Shown here in pieces: positions 49,901 through 61,889 of a stretch of DNA of 64,000 nt. A model generated the notes under the pieces. That model was not told the DNA's origin, searched no databases, and worked only from the letters and a program-made list of their open reading frames with translations. Both the position numbers and the translations under genes were made by a program. The DNA is taken from NCBI GenBank assembly GCA_013239625.1, contig MU053376.1, forward strand, positions 954,833-1,018,832, written 5' to 3'. The first letter of the stretch is position 1. Each line of letters starts with the position of its first letter. The stretch is from Lama guanicoe (lineage: Eukaryota).

Positions 49901-50471
49901 GGTTGTACTTTCTCTTCTTTCATTTCTTATTTTATTTATTTGTGTCCTTTCTCTTTTCTTCTTGGTGATCCTGGCCAGAAGTTTGTCAATTTTGTTTACT
50001 CTTTCAAACCCCAGCACTTGGTTTTATTGATTTTTTTCCATTTTTAAAAATCTCTATTTTGTTTATTTTCTCCCTGATCTTTATTATTTACTTCCTTCTG
50101 CTGACTTTAAGTTTTGTTTGTTCTTTTTCTAGTTCTTTTACATGGTAGGTTAGGTTGTTTATTTGAGGTTTTCCTTGTTTTTAGAGGAAGGCCTGTATTG
50201 CTATGAACTTCCTTCCTAGATCTGTTTTTGCTACATCCCATAGATTTTTGTGGGGTTGTGTTTTCATTGTCATTTGTCTCAAGGTGTTTTTTTTTAATTC
50301 CTTCTTTGATTTCATCATTAACCTGTTGGTTTTTTAGTAGCATGTTGTTTAGTCTCCATGCAGTCATTTTTTTCCTTCATTTCTCTTTCTGTGGTTGATT
50401 TCTAGTTTCATGGCGCTGTGGTCAGAAAAAATGTGTGAAATAATTTCTATCCTTTTAAATTACTTGAGGCA
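46988..50471 (-). mobile_element. 5'-truncated L1 (~3.5 kb) with a disrupted ORF2 (end of endonuclease, RT, C-terminus)
   Basis: Peptides [19 protein letters not shown] (decayed FADD), [18 protein letters not shown] and WRLNNMLL; poly(T) at 46989; TSD TCAGGAAAT(A/G)TACT at 46974-46987 and 50472-50485. Confidence 0.95.
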
Positions 50472-50619
50472 TCAGGAAATGTACTTTGGACCACAATCTG
50501 TGCTTATTGTCAGCAATTACAGACTTCAAAGGTAGAGCTAAGAAAGAAAACATATGGACAATAACGTCAACTCAGCTCTCAGTTCCCTGGAGAAAAGAAA
50601 GATTGGAATGGAAGAAAAC

Positions 50620-51930
50620 TATATGGATCTATCACATTCACTTGAAGATATACCTCCAACAGTGGAAAAATACACATACACAGTTATTCATTGCAGTATT
50701 GTTTGTAATTGCAAAATACTGGAAACAACCTTAATGTTCAGACGCTTATGGTACATTACACAATGGCATACTCATCAGCTCATTTTGAAAAATGAGGAAG
50801 AACTCTGTGTATTGGTATAAATTGGTTGCCAAGACATATTACTAAGAGAAAAATGCAAAGCACAGAAGATTTATCTATAGAATGCTGCCCTAAGAAAGAA
50901 AGGAATATAAGAAAACTTACTGCATTTGCCCATTTGTGCAAAAGAAATGCAGAAAAGATAAATCAGAAACTAAGGAGACTGGTTACCAATAGTGAATAGA
51001 TGTGAAAAGATTGGGAAAAGCGAAGTAAATGAGAATGGGGTAATAGGGATGAGGAAGTAGTGATACTCAGTGTATTTTTATATAGCTCTGACCCTTAGAA
51101 CCATAGTGGTGTATCACCTACCCCAAAATAAATGAACAACTAAAACCAACGATGATGTGGAGAGACCCCAAGTGGGATAAAAATACTATTATAAAGCAAT
51201 GACATAACTACACTAAAAAGCATGGGAAGAAAAGAACTAACATACCAACCCCAGGAAGGAGCATCTTGATTGGTCACCGTAAGTCTTTAGACAAAAAGAG
51301 CTGTTGAGAATATCACCACTGGGTAAATAATCGTTGCAAACAAGTTCCATTGATGAGTGGTAAAATTAGTGGGCAGAAGTTTGAAAAGAAACAATTTGCA
51401 TTGTCTTAAAATATCTCCCACAAGACATTTTTTAACAAAGGGAAAGAGTAATTTTACAGTGAGAAACCCAGCTTAATCAAGTGATAAATGTCGACTTATA
51501 AGTAATAAGATACGTAATATCATGAACCTATGGTATAATTCACTGAGGACACAATATTATACCTGTCATATTTAGTCTAGTCATGATAAAACATCAGATA
51601 AACTCAAATTAAGGGACATTTGACAAAATAACTGACCACTACTCTTCAAAAAAGTCAGTCATGAAAGACGAGGAAAAGCTAGGGAGCATTTACAGACTAC
51701 ACAAGAAGAGGACGTTAGTAGAAATATTGGTAAAATTCAAAAGAAGTCTTTAGTAGCGTTGCACCAATGTTAACTTTGGGGGTTCTGATAATTGCACTGT
51801 AGTCACGTAAGACGGTAACATGAGGGGAAGATAGAGGAGAGATATATGGAAACTCTCAAGACTGCTTCTGCAACTTCTCTGTAAGTATTAATTCAAAAAA
51901 ATTAATTCAAAATAAAAATTTTAAAAGAAA
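50620..51930 (+). mobile_element. Ancient L1M 3' region
   Basis: gttattcattgcagtattgtttgtaattgcaaaatactggaaacaacc ... caacttctctgtaag...caaaataaaaattt. Confidence 0.7.
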
Positions 51931-53104
51931 AAGGACATTATCTTCTCCTTCAACTCTTCTCGTGAGGGTGACTCACCCAAATCAAATTTTGCACCTTCCA
52001 GATCATTGCCTAACAGTAGAAAGGAAAGGACAAAAGACTTTTAAAAATACAACTTATTTACGTTCAAGCAATTCCACATAAAGTTACTGGATCTGCAGAG
52101 GGGATAAGGAAGTAGAAAAAATGGTGGAAAACGTAACACTCAATCTAATGTTATAAATTCCAAAAACAAGAAACTGGTTCCAGTTCCAACATACGGAGTC
52201 TAGAAACTCCTTTCGGAGGTTCTTCCTCCAGCTTCAGGGCATGAGACCTGTGTAGTCACATAGGACCCCACACTTAGAAGAGCCTCACGCTTGGTTTAAT
52301 GTTGTGCTGTTGCCATCTTGAAAAGTCTTAATGGTTTTTGAACAAGGAAGCCCTGCATTTTCATTTTGCATAGGGCCCCACCAATTAAGTAGCTAGTCCA
52401 GTCTGCCTCTGCTCACCAACAAGCTTGCAGAAGGAGAACCCCATCCACATGGTACACTGTCTCCCACAGTTGATTGCTCTGTGGGTAAGACCCTGATCCA
52501 AGCTCAATCCAGTTAGACTCCTTTCGCAAGAATTTGAAACAGGAACAAAGTGGCCGCCATGGTCTGTCACATCTATGGAAGAGAACAGATGTGTGTTAGA
52601 TGTGTGCTATTGGCTCCTAAAGATGGCAGTTGGCTGCAGATTGAACAATAAAGAGATTCAGAAACAAGTCAAAGACAGTACTTTCTGCATCAGATCCAGC
52701 CTTGAGACACCTCCTCACCTTCTCACCACTGTCTTTGAGCTGCTGTAGCTGTTTCAGCCTGCAGGCCTTTTCCAGCTGTCTCTACAGTCCCTTCTCCCCT
52801 TCAGTTACCTCGTAGTGAGCGGATTTGCTCCAGGGTCTCCCCTCGGGATGGGGGGTGGGCAGCAGGGGTGCCTGTTTGTACACTTCTGCTCTCCAGACTG
52901 CTCTCTGCTCGCTCCTTCCTTCTCTTGTGCTGCCTCACTGGCTTCCTCCAGCCCCGCCTCCCCTTTTTCAGATGTCCGTGTTCTCTGTGGGGCAGAATTC
53001 TGATAAGGGGAAGGGGCGAGCTGAGGAGGAGGCTCCTTTTCTCCCTCGGGGACACTTCTCTTTAGCTTGAACTCACTGGGCACATCCGTGCACTTCCTTG
53101 GTTG

Positions 53105-53486
53105 TGGCAAGAACCCTGCTAAGTCAGTTTAACCAGAACCCCCAGCCTGATACCTGATCACCCTCCATATCGGATCTGGTTCCTCATCCTCCACCGTCCC
53201 CCAGGTGATGTCTGATCACCCTGACCCTGTCTTCAGCAAGAGTCCCGTTAGGTCAGTTTAGCCAGAATCCCTTTTACCCTCTTGTTTCCTCTTAGAAATT
53301 TTCCGTCCACTGACTGCCCACTTCACTCCATGGCTGTAAATTCCCACTTGCCTGTGCTGGATTTGGAGTTGAGCCTAACCGTTCTTCCTGGCTGTAAAAA
53401 TCCCACTGCAGTGGTCCCAATGTCTCTCACACTGGTCCAGGATAAAGTCTTTAACAAGCATCATTGAGCAGTTCTTTTCTTTAACA
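53105..53486 (+). mobile_element. MER31-like ERV1 LTR fragment
   Basis: Internal repeats of caagaaccctgctaagtcagtttaaccagaac and ctgatcaccct; ends ...ttctttaaca. Confidence 0.65.
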
Positions 53487-55004
53487 GGCCCACCATCTTC
53501 ACAGTCGCTTCTGCTCCTTGGAGCCAAGCCCTCTGGCTGAGTCATCGAAATGCAGCAGATTGTCAATCTATACCACCCTTCCTTCTCCTTGTGATTTTTT
53601 TTTCTCCTACTTTGGCTTCTTGAAGATCACTTTAAGCAGAAGGAGGGAGAGAAGAGAGGTGAACAGAGGAGAAAGGGTAAGAAAGGAAACATGAGGAGGG
53701 TCAAAGTGAGCAGGGCCAGCCACAGGCTTGCTTGCTCTCCCTCCCTCTTTATCTTTCTCTCTCTATATATAAATACAGTCCCTACACACTTACACTCTCA
53801 TGTATTACATCCCCAAGCCTCACAGCCTCACAATAACTCTACAAAACGTAGCCACTGACATCACTATTTTCACATGAGGTGCCGAGGTTCTAAAAAGAGA
53901 AATGACCTGCCCAGGGCATGTATCCTGGATAACACGCAGAGTCTGAAATTGAATTCAGGTGTGTCTGGCCCCAAGGCCATGCTCATCCTATAAATTAGAA
54001 ACTAATCAGGGCTGCAACTTACGACACCATGCCTCCCAAACTGTGCTGAACACTAGACCTCTCTTAGTGGGACCAATACTTCACCCCAGTGAGGTGGGTG
54101 TATTCTCCCAATTCTAGAATGTAGGTGAGCAGCAGGGGGCTCCTCACCAGGAACTGCATGTTTCCTAGAAAGTAAGATACTTGAGGATGAGCCGGGACAC
54201 ATGGGCGACTTGGCCTGGGCAGTGGAAAGAGGCAGCCCTCTTGTTCCAGTTCCTTGTTGTACATGCTCGGGATGGGCTAAGACACAGGGATGAGCATCCT
54301 CAGAGAGCCTCCACCTTACTGTCCCACTAAGCCTATTGAGAGCGAGCTGCCTGATCTCCCTACTAGACCCCACACCTTCCCTGCCCAGCCGTCCACTCCG
54401 GCCATGCAGCGTCAGTGTTGTGTCGCCAATGCGCTCATCCTCCCACGGTGTTGGAAGTCTGGCCTGTCTGCCTAGGGAAGGGGAAGAGGTAGTGACCACT
54501 CAGACGTACCACTTAACCACAGCAGTACCTCAGTCACCCCCCCACCCCCGCCTTGTCCTTGAGCACCAGGATCAGAGGCTTCTGTTTCCAGAGGAAGCAA
54601 TGGTAGGTTCCACAGTCAGGCCCTACAAGTCTGGGCGTAGCACAGGTTCAGGAGGGAGGGGAGGAAAGGCATCCCACGTACCCCAGTCTCCTTCCCCCCA
54701 GGGTTCCAGCACCAGGGACAGCACCCACCTACCCTCTGCCCACACGTTTCCTCTGTCTGAAGGTTGACATGAAAGTCTTTGTCCTTCTCCACTATTTGGC
54801 CCATTGAACAGGCCTAGGCCTTATAGCTCCTTCTGCATTACTTAGAAACACCTGGTAGATCTACACACACCAGGGACAGCACACAGGGCTCTCCTGAACA
54901 CAAGCTCAAGAATTCCAGGCCCTGCAGCCAACAGCTGATAATTGAAAGCCACAAACGGCACAAATCTTCCACCTCCATGGGCCAGGTCTTAACTTCTTTA
55001 AAAA

Positions 55005-55139
55005 ACTTTATTTTGTTTGGGTTTTTTTGGTGGGGGAGATAACTAGCTGTATTTTTTTAATGGAGGTACTGAGGCTTGAACCCAGGACCTCATGCATGCT
55101 AAGCACACACTCTACCTCTGAGCTATACCTGCCTGCCCC
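55005..55139 (-). mobile_element. tRNA-Ala-derived SINE (Vic-1-like)
   Basis: A and B boxes on -; flanked by ccagg(t/c)ctta(a/g)cttct direct repeats. Confidence 0.88.
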
Positions 55140-55956
55140 AGGCCTTAGCTTCTGAGATTTAGTCTCCTACTTCCCTCCCCTCGCCAGGCCCGCCGAAGAC
55201 AAATGGACGCCTTCTTCAGTTGCCCAGAGTCCTCATCTTCTGCCCTGCCAGGCCCTTCTCTTCCTGCTGCATTTGGCAATTCTGGCTCCTATGCCAGGGG
55301 AGGGAAAAGTTACCCCTCAGGGAAACTCCAGCCCAGTTGGTGCCCACCCTGCATCAATTCGTGAGCACTTGGTAACACCCTCAGGCTGTCTCTCCCCTTA
55401 CCTGCCCTGGCCTGCAACTCTCACCTCGGCTTCTGGTTCAGCAAGCTCTTCTTCCAAAGCTATTCTCACAACCTAGGCCCATGGGGTTGATGACATCAGC
55501 TGTCACTGACTCCTTGGCGCCTGACTTGGGATTGGGGTCCCATACATGAGGCTCTACCAGTCCCCATGTCTGCAAGAGATGGAGGAACCCATCTGTCGGC
55601 CTCCTTCAGCTCAGAAAGCTGGTGGGAATAAACAAGAAAGGAAAAACTGGCCTGGGGATCAGGGACTTGGGTGTTAGTCTTGCCCCAGCCTCTAACTAGC
55701 TGTGTGATAGCCTTTCCTCTCTGGATCGCAGTGTCCTCTGCTGTGAGAGAGGGGCTTCAATGGGATGCTTTCAGAATTCTTCCCAGCTCCAAATCGGTCT
55801 CTGAAAGCCTGCTGAGCTGCTGCCCAGGGATCGCCTCTCCCAGGAGAGGAAAGAGGACAGAGCAAAGAGCAGGGGCCTTCTTCCCAGCTTCTCATTCCAC
55901 TTCCTAGTTCTTCACGATGCCAAATGATGAAGCATGTCCAGAGTGGGTTATGGAAC

Positions 55957-56568
55957 TGTTAGCAGATGGAGGGACCCCTAAATTAGGAAGCCCATCAAAG
56001 TATGGGTCCTTGCTGCTGGCTATGAAAGAATTCACACAGCAGAGGCAGAGGAACCAAGTGAACAGCTGCTATATTGCTCAGAAGAGGAAATGGAAGGAAA
56101 GTGTTTGAGCAGAGAGAAGGAAAGAAAAGCACTCGAGTGAGGAAAAGGCGCCAGAGCGGGGAGATGTCAGCCAAGGTGTGTGGTAGAGACAGCTCTGCCC
56201 GGGTCGGGCCACGTGGACTTTTATGGGAGGCTTCTGCCATTGTGTCCTCCTTCTGGGTATGATGGAGCCAATCAGTCCTTGTTCCAGCTTTTCAGTCCTT
56301 GCATGGGCTTTTCCAGTTGTTGTCATGGCAACAGTCAACTGTCATGGCACTGGTGGGTGTGTCGTTTAGCATGTTAATACATTATAATGAGCATATAATA
56401 AGGCTCAAGATCCACTGGAAGTCATCCTCCACCATCTGACTCCATGCGTTCTAACCGGTTCTTGTTTTTTCTGTGCAGCTGCCTCCTGAGACTTAGATAA
56501 GTCTATTCGAGCTTTCTGTTTGAGGGAGGGGCAGGAGTATGATCCTGGGGGCAACAGCCTTGGTAACA
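55957..56568 (-). mobile_element. Solo LTR, ERV1-like
   Basis: TGTTA...TAACA termini, 612 bp, with a gtcatggc...cattataat motif typical of reversed ERV1 LTRs. Confidence 0.65.
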
Positions 56569-57494
56569 AAAAGGAAAGTTGCTTTTAACTAGAATGGCTG
56601 CAATATGGTGGAGCCAGCATCCCCGTTAAAAAAAAAAAAATCTCTGAAGATTCTGTTCAGCCATGAAAGTTTTAAAGAGAAATTGGGGACTAATCTCAGT
56701 TAATCGTTGAGTGAAATGGTCAGAATCCTTGCCACCCACTAGTCCTTGCAGGCTTGTCCTCATCAACCACTTGAGCCTGCCCCTCTATGACTCCGGGAGG
56801 CCTGGCGGACTTCAGCTTTTCTATAAACAAGAGGCAGGGGGTGGTGGTGGAGTGGGTGGGGCACAGGATCCTGCTCCCATTCAGCACCAGAAGCTGAAGG
56901 AGGAAAAAGCGTTAACACTGGGGCTGAAGAATGCAGGGTCCACGGTCTGTCAGCTCTGGCTCAAGCCTTGGGGCCAAAGATGTGAGCTGTGCCCTCTCCT
57001 GAGTGCTGTGGGACATTTAAAGCGGCAGAGACCATGCACCTCTTCCCTGCAGCCTCAAGACAGGACACTTTTGAAGTGTTATCTCAGGTCCACAGCTCCC
57101 CAGGGACCAGCTGGGCCCTCTTTTGCAACTTCTTTGTCCTTCCAAGTTCTCCTCTGCTCATTCTTGCTTCCTTCCCATCCCTAAGGTATTGATCCTAAGC
57201 ATCAAGAGACTTCCCCAGCAACTTCCTGCATAGAAACATCTATCAGAATCTGCTTCTCAGGGAACTAGACCAATAGGAACTGGACCCATGGCCAACTGGG
57301 TCCTTCATAATCTGGCCCCTGCCAATCTTACTGGTCATTTCTCTCCAGGGCCCCCTTGCACTCTATTTCTTCAGCCTCTATAAGCTCTCAATTCCCCAAA
57401 CACCAAGTAGTCTCTTGCTCTGTGTGAATTTGTGCATGATGTTTTCACATAATTTGTTCAACAGATATTCCTTATGCTACTGTTATCAGTCATG

Positions 57495-57935
57495 ATGCTG
57501 TCAGGAAAGAGATGGTATTCTCAAAAGGGGGAACTGAAGAAAGTTTAATGAACGGGCTACATAAAAGATGTAAGCAGGGTTATGGGAAACCAGCAAAGCA
57601 TCCTAAGACAAACAGCAGTGGGAAGGTTCTAGGACTGATGGGGTCAAGGGACGAGTGGTTAGTGGAAGCTACACTGTGAGAGCTGTAGCTCCAGGCAAGA
57701 GCCATCAGCCCGGAGCTGTGGCCTCTAGGAGAAAGGCAACCATTGCCAACCCAGCCAAGCTGGAAGTGAGCTAGAGTGAAAAATTCCCCAATCTCTCTCT
57801 CCTGCCACTCTCCAAATCCCACTGGTTGCAACTGAACCCAACTGGAAGCCCCAGAGTAAAAGACATAGTCCACAGGGCTGGGTGGAGAGCGGAAAGAGTG
57901 GATGTGGAGGGCCAAAGGGAGAGTGTTCAGCGTAA
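57495..57935. mobile_element. Old MaLR/ERVL-type LTR remnant
   Basis: Resemblance to MLT-type LTR text; boundaries approximate. Confidence 0.4.
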
Positions 57936-58059
57936 TCCCTGTTGTGCTCGACACTGAACGACACAGAATAGCAGTGTCCTCCTGTTGTTTACAGGTTCAA
58001 AAGGGAAAATGAGCTTTCATCATGAATCATAAAAAAGTAATGAGAATACTGATTATTTT

Positions 58060-58900
58060 CATGTTTACATTAAACACTTGTAAAAATTCACCATAGCTAG
58101 CCCGGAAAGAAATTCCCACAAGTTTTCTAAAACTAGCATCATACAGACCATGCTCTCTGCTCACAACGTATTGTTATAAATCATCAATAAAAACATAAAG
58201 GAATTTATCCTCACACTTAGAAATTTTAAAACATGCCTATGTAACAGGGCAAAGAAGACATCACAACTTCGCAATTAAAAAACACTTAAAATGGAATAAT
58301 AACAAAAATGTTACATATGAAAATCTATGGGATACAGCAAGAGTTGGATTTAAAGGGGAATTCTGAACTCAAATGTTTACATTAGAGAAGAAGAAAGGTT
58401 GAAAATTCGTAAGCTAAGCGTCCAACCTAACAAGATGGAGTGGGGAGAATGGACAATGGAATAACTCTAAAAAAGAGAACAAAGAAGATAATTAAGACAA
58501 GAGTGGAAGTTAATGAGGTAGAAAATAGAGGAACAATGAGGGAAACAATTGTACTAAAAGGTGGTTCTCTGAGAAAAAGAAAGTGGCTCAACTGTAGCAC
58601 ATTTGCTCATTAGAATAATACATGGAAGGGAGACAAATGTACTACGGTGGCAACAAGTCAGCGTGGATGAAAGTCAGAAACATGAGTGGAAATAAAAAGT
58701 TATAGAAGGCTAAATACAGGCAATACCACTTTTGTAAAGCTCAAGAACACGCAAAGCCAAATTATATATTATTTAGGGTACTTGTATATTTGAAAAAACT
58801 TGAGTTTTTTTGTTTGTTTGTTTTTGTGTTTGTTTTTGTTTTAAGCAAGAGAATGATAAGGACAAGAGTGACCTTGGGGTGGGAGAGAGGCAGGGGACTG
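58060..58900 (+). mobile_element. Ancient L1 ORF2/3' fragments
   Basis: acatatgaaaatctatgggatacagcaa...aaaggggaatt (ORF2 NLWD-like remnant). Confidence 0.6.
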
Positions 58901-59722
58901 TCATCTGGGAAGAGTACAGAGTGGCTTCAGAACCATGGTATTGTTCTGGCCCACAAGTGGACAAGGATGCTACATATGATTTGTTGCAGGTATCAAATAG
59001 TAATAATTTTAAAACATTGTAAACAAATTCTGCTCAGTAGAATGTCTCAGACTAACTCTGTGTTTTGTTTCTTTACACTGCCAGCTAGGAATCTGGAACA
59101 GCTCCCTTAATTTTCGCAGCGTTGGCTTCACACTGAGCCTGGCACTTACCTCATCCTTTTACCCTCTCGGTTCGGTTCCTGGATTCCACACATAGAAAGC
59201 CTCTGATTTAGCACACTGCTGGATGCTTGAGCATCTTTATGATTAATCTCATTGGGAAGTCATGCTAAGAAAACAAGGAAGGGAGAAGAAAGGAAATAGA
59301 AGCCAAGGGGGTCATCTTACAATGAAAAAATGTCCGAAGATTTAAAAATGAACTTCCCAGAGACCCACCTGTGAACCCTCCGTGCACAGGCTCCAATCTG
59401 TAAATCCGCTTCTATGACCTTGCCTCCCGGTAGTGCCAGAAAGGGGGATGTGAATGTTGAGCCGCCCAGGAATTGAACTGTAGTGGGCACCTGTCACCTG
59501 GAGCCTCTCCAGAAGCTAGGTCTCTTTTCTAACTGCTCTTTGATTGTCTTTTAGGAATTACACTTCCTCCGTTGAAAGCAGTTTTAGCAAGAGGGCAGAT
59601 CTAGGTGCTTGCCTCCCACCATGGACTCTAGAGGGGAGAGAGCCTTCCAATTCCTAACCAACGTAGCTGGAAGATGGGCCTGGGGAAGATGCTGGGCCAA
59701 TTGAGATAACAGTGAGAGGGTA

Positions 59723-59826
59723 GAGGGAGGGTGTAGCTCAGTGGTAGAGCACATGCCTAGCATAGACAAGGTCCTGGGTTCAATCCCCAGTGCCTCCACT
59801 GAATAAATAAACCTGATTACCTCCCT
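59723..59826 (+). mobile_element. tRNA-Ala-derived SINE (Vic-1-like)
   Basis: GGGTGTAGCTCAGTGGTAGAGC...GGTTCAATCCCCAG plus aaacctgattacctccc tail. Confidence 0.9.
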
Positions 59827-60306
59827 GTGATAATTACACTTGAAAGGAGGCTATTCAGTCAGCACTTTGTGGACTTCTTGGGAACCTGCTGAAGATGGAA
59901 ATTCTGAGGTTGAATTTAATAATGTTTAGATACTTGGCCTCTCCCCTCTAAGCCCCACCCAAACACAGGTTTGGAAGGCCACGAAGGCCGCCCTCATTGT
60001 TCTGTTTAAGAGACAAGCCTGCTGAGGGCTGTGTTCTTGAAAAGCATGCCTAATCTAAAAATGTGTATTTTCTTTACAAGTCATTTTCTCCAAAGCAACA
60101 AGGGTAAGAGAAAAAGAGAACTCAGTCACACGGGACTTTCTAGTAGGAGAATATAGGGTATATGCATACAGATGGGATATATTTAGTTGTGAAGGGTGGC
60201 TGGAGTTAGGGGAGAGTTTCACAAAGTGTCAGAGGCTTAGCTACACTAGATGACTTGTGTTGGGGGAGAACCAGAGCAGCAACTGTAGCTTTGGCTTTAA
60301 GACTTG

Positions 60307-60971
60307 NNNNNNNNNNNNNNNNNNNNNNNNNNNNNNNNNNNNNNNNNNNNNNNNNNNNNNNNNNNNNNNNNNNNNNNNNNNNNNNNNNNNNNNNNNNNNN
60401 NNNNNNNNNNNNNNNNNNNNNNNNNNNNNNNNNNNNNNNNNNNNNNNNNNNNNNNNNNNNNNNNNNNNNNNNNNNNNNNNNNNNNNNNNNNNNNNNNNNN
60501 NNNNNNNNNNNNNNNNNNNNNNNNNNNNNNNNNNNNNNNNNNNNNNNNNNNNNNNNNNNNNNNNNNNNNNNNNNNNNNNNNNNNNNNNNNNNNNNNNNNN
60601 NNNNNNNNNNNNNNNNNNNNNNNNNNNNNNNNNNNNNNNNNNNNNNNNNNNNNNNNNNNNNNNNNNNNNNNNNNNNNNNNNNNNNNNNNNNNNNNNNNNN
60701 NNNNNNNNNNNNNNNNNNNNNNNNNNNNNNNNNNNNNNNNNNNNNNNNNNNNNNNNNNNNNNNNNNNNNNNNNNNNNNNNNNNNNNNNNNNNNNNNNNNN
60801 NNNNNNNNNNNNNNNNNNNNNNNNNNNNNNNNNNNNNNNNNNNNNNNNNNNNNNNNNNNNNNNNNNNNNNNNNNNNNNNNNNNNNNNNNNNNNNNNNNNN
60901 NNNNNNNNNNNNNNNNNNNNNNNNNNNNNNNNGATTATAAATCAATAAAAAAATGTTAAAAAAAAAAAAAA
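60307..60971 (+). mobile_element. Assembly gap (626 N, 60307-60932) whose flanks indicate a young poly(A) retrotransposon, probably an L1 3' end
   Basis: Right edge attataaatcAATAAAaaatgtt plus an A-run; TSD AAGACTTG at 60299-60306 and 60972-60979. Confidence 0.7.
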
Positions 60972-60993
60972 AAGACTTGATCACAACCACACC

Positions 60994-61457
60994 AACTGTT
61001 TCAGGTGTGCTGCCATCTCCTGGCCAGACTGGTGTTGCAGTCAAATCATACGAGATAACAGCAAAAAGTGATGCAGCTATGGGAGTATGACATAGTTAGC
61101 CCGAAACAAAACACGCTCTCTGGGAGTCGGCGTGCTGGCGTCCCCTGGTGGCTGCAGGTGGTGCTGCTCTGCCGGAAGAGGCCACTGCTGAGTAAGCAGA
61201 TCTGAACGGTGGCCTGCGCCTAAAAAACTGTTTCAGTTGTGCTGCCATCTCCTGGCCAGACTTGTGTTGCAGTCAAATCATACGAGTTAACAGCAAAAAG
61301 TGATGCAGCTATGGGAGTATGACATAATTAGCCCGAAACAAAACACGCTCTCTGGGAGTCAGCATGCTGGCGTCCCCTGGTGGCTGCAGGTGGTGCTGTT
61401 CTGCCAGAAGAGGCCACTGCTGAGTAAGCAGATCTGAACGGTGGCCTGCGCCTAAAA
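60994..61457. repeat. 232-bp direct tandem duplication (2 copies, about 8 mismatches)
   Basis: 60994-61225 versus 61226-61457, aligned by eye. Confidence 0.95.
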
Positions 61458-61889
61458 AGAAAATTCAAATATTCCAAATGCAGGTAGGCCTATATATATG
61501 GATTCCATGCCCAGATTCTCTCACAGGGTGATTAAGAGTAGCTAGGCTTGTGCATGAGCTCAGAACATTGCAAGGATGTGCTGAGAAGAGGCTGGAGAAA
61601 AGGATGTGAACCCAGGAAGAGGCTCTGAAAAAATAAATTGCTATCACTCCGCTTGGCCTCCCTCTTCTCCGCTGTCCTGCCTCCCACTCCCTGGCCCCGT
61701 CCTCTCGTGGGGGTAATGCCAAGTACCCAGGGACCAAGAGTGACCCGTGGGCAGAGGAACGTGCTCCATCCATCTCTAAGACAAAGTGAAAGACATCTGA
61801 CTGCAGGGGTCCCAGTGGAAATGGAATGGAATGGGGAGCATCCTGCAGACACAGTGGGGTGAGGGAAAACAAAAGCCAAACAGATGTAA

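Noticed and set aside
47532..50367. Reverse transcriptase-like ORFs as a novel RT system
   Set aside because: Frameshifted fragments of an ordinary 5'-truncated L1 ORF2 with a decayed catalytic motif.
52800..54804. Clusters of short ORFs upstream of RBBP5
   Set aside because: Low-complexity and LTR-derived sequence, with no coherent exon chain or recognisable protein.
60241..61044. ORFs of 214-267 aa in the ORF track
   Set aside because: Artefacts of translating the N gap.
60994..61457. CRISPR-like or satellite array
   Set aside because: Only two long adjacent copies with no spacers, in a eukaryotic context.
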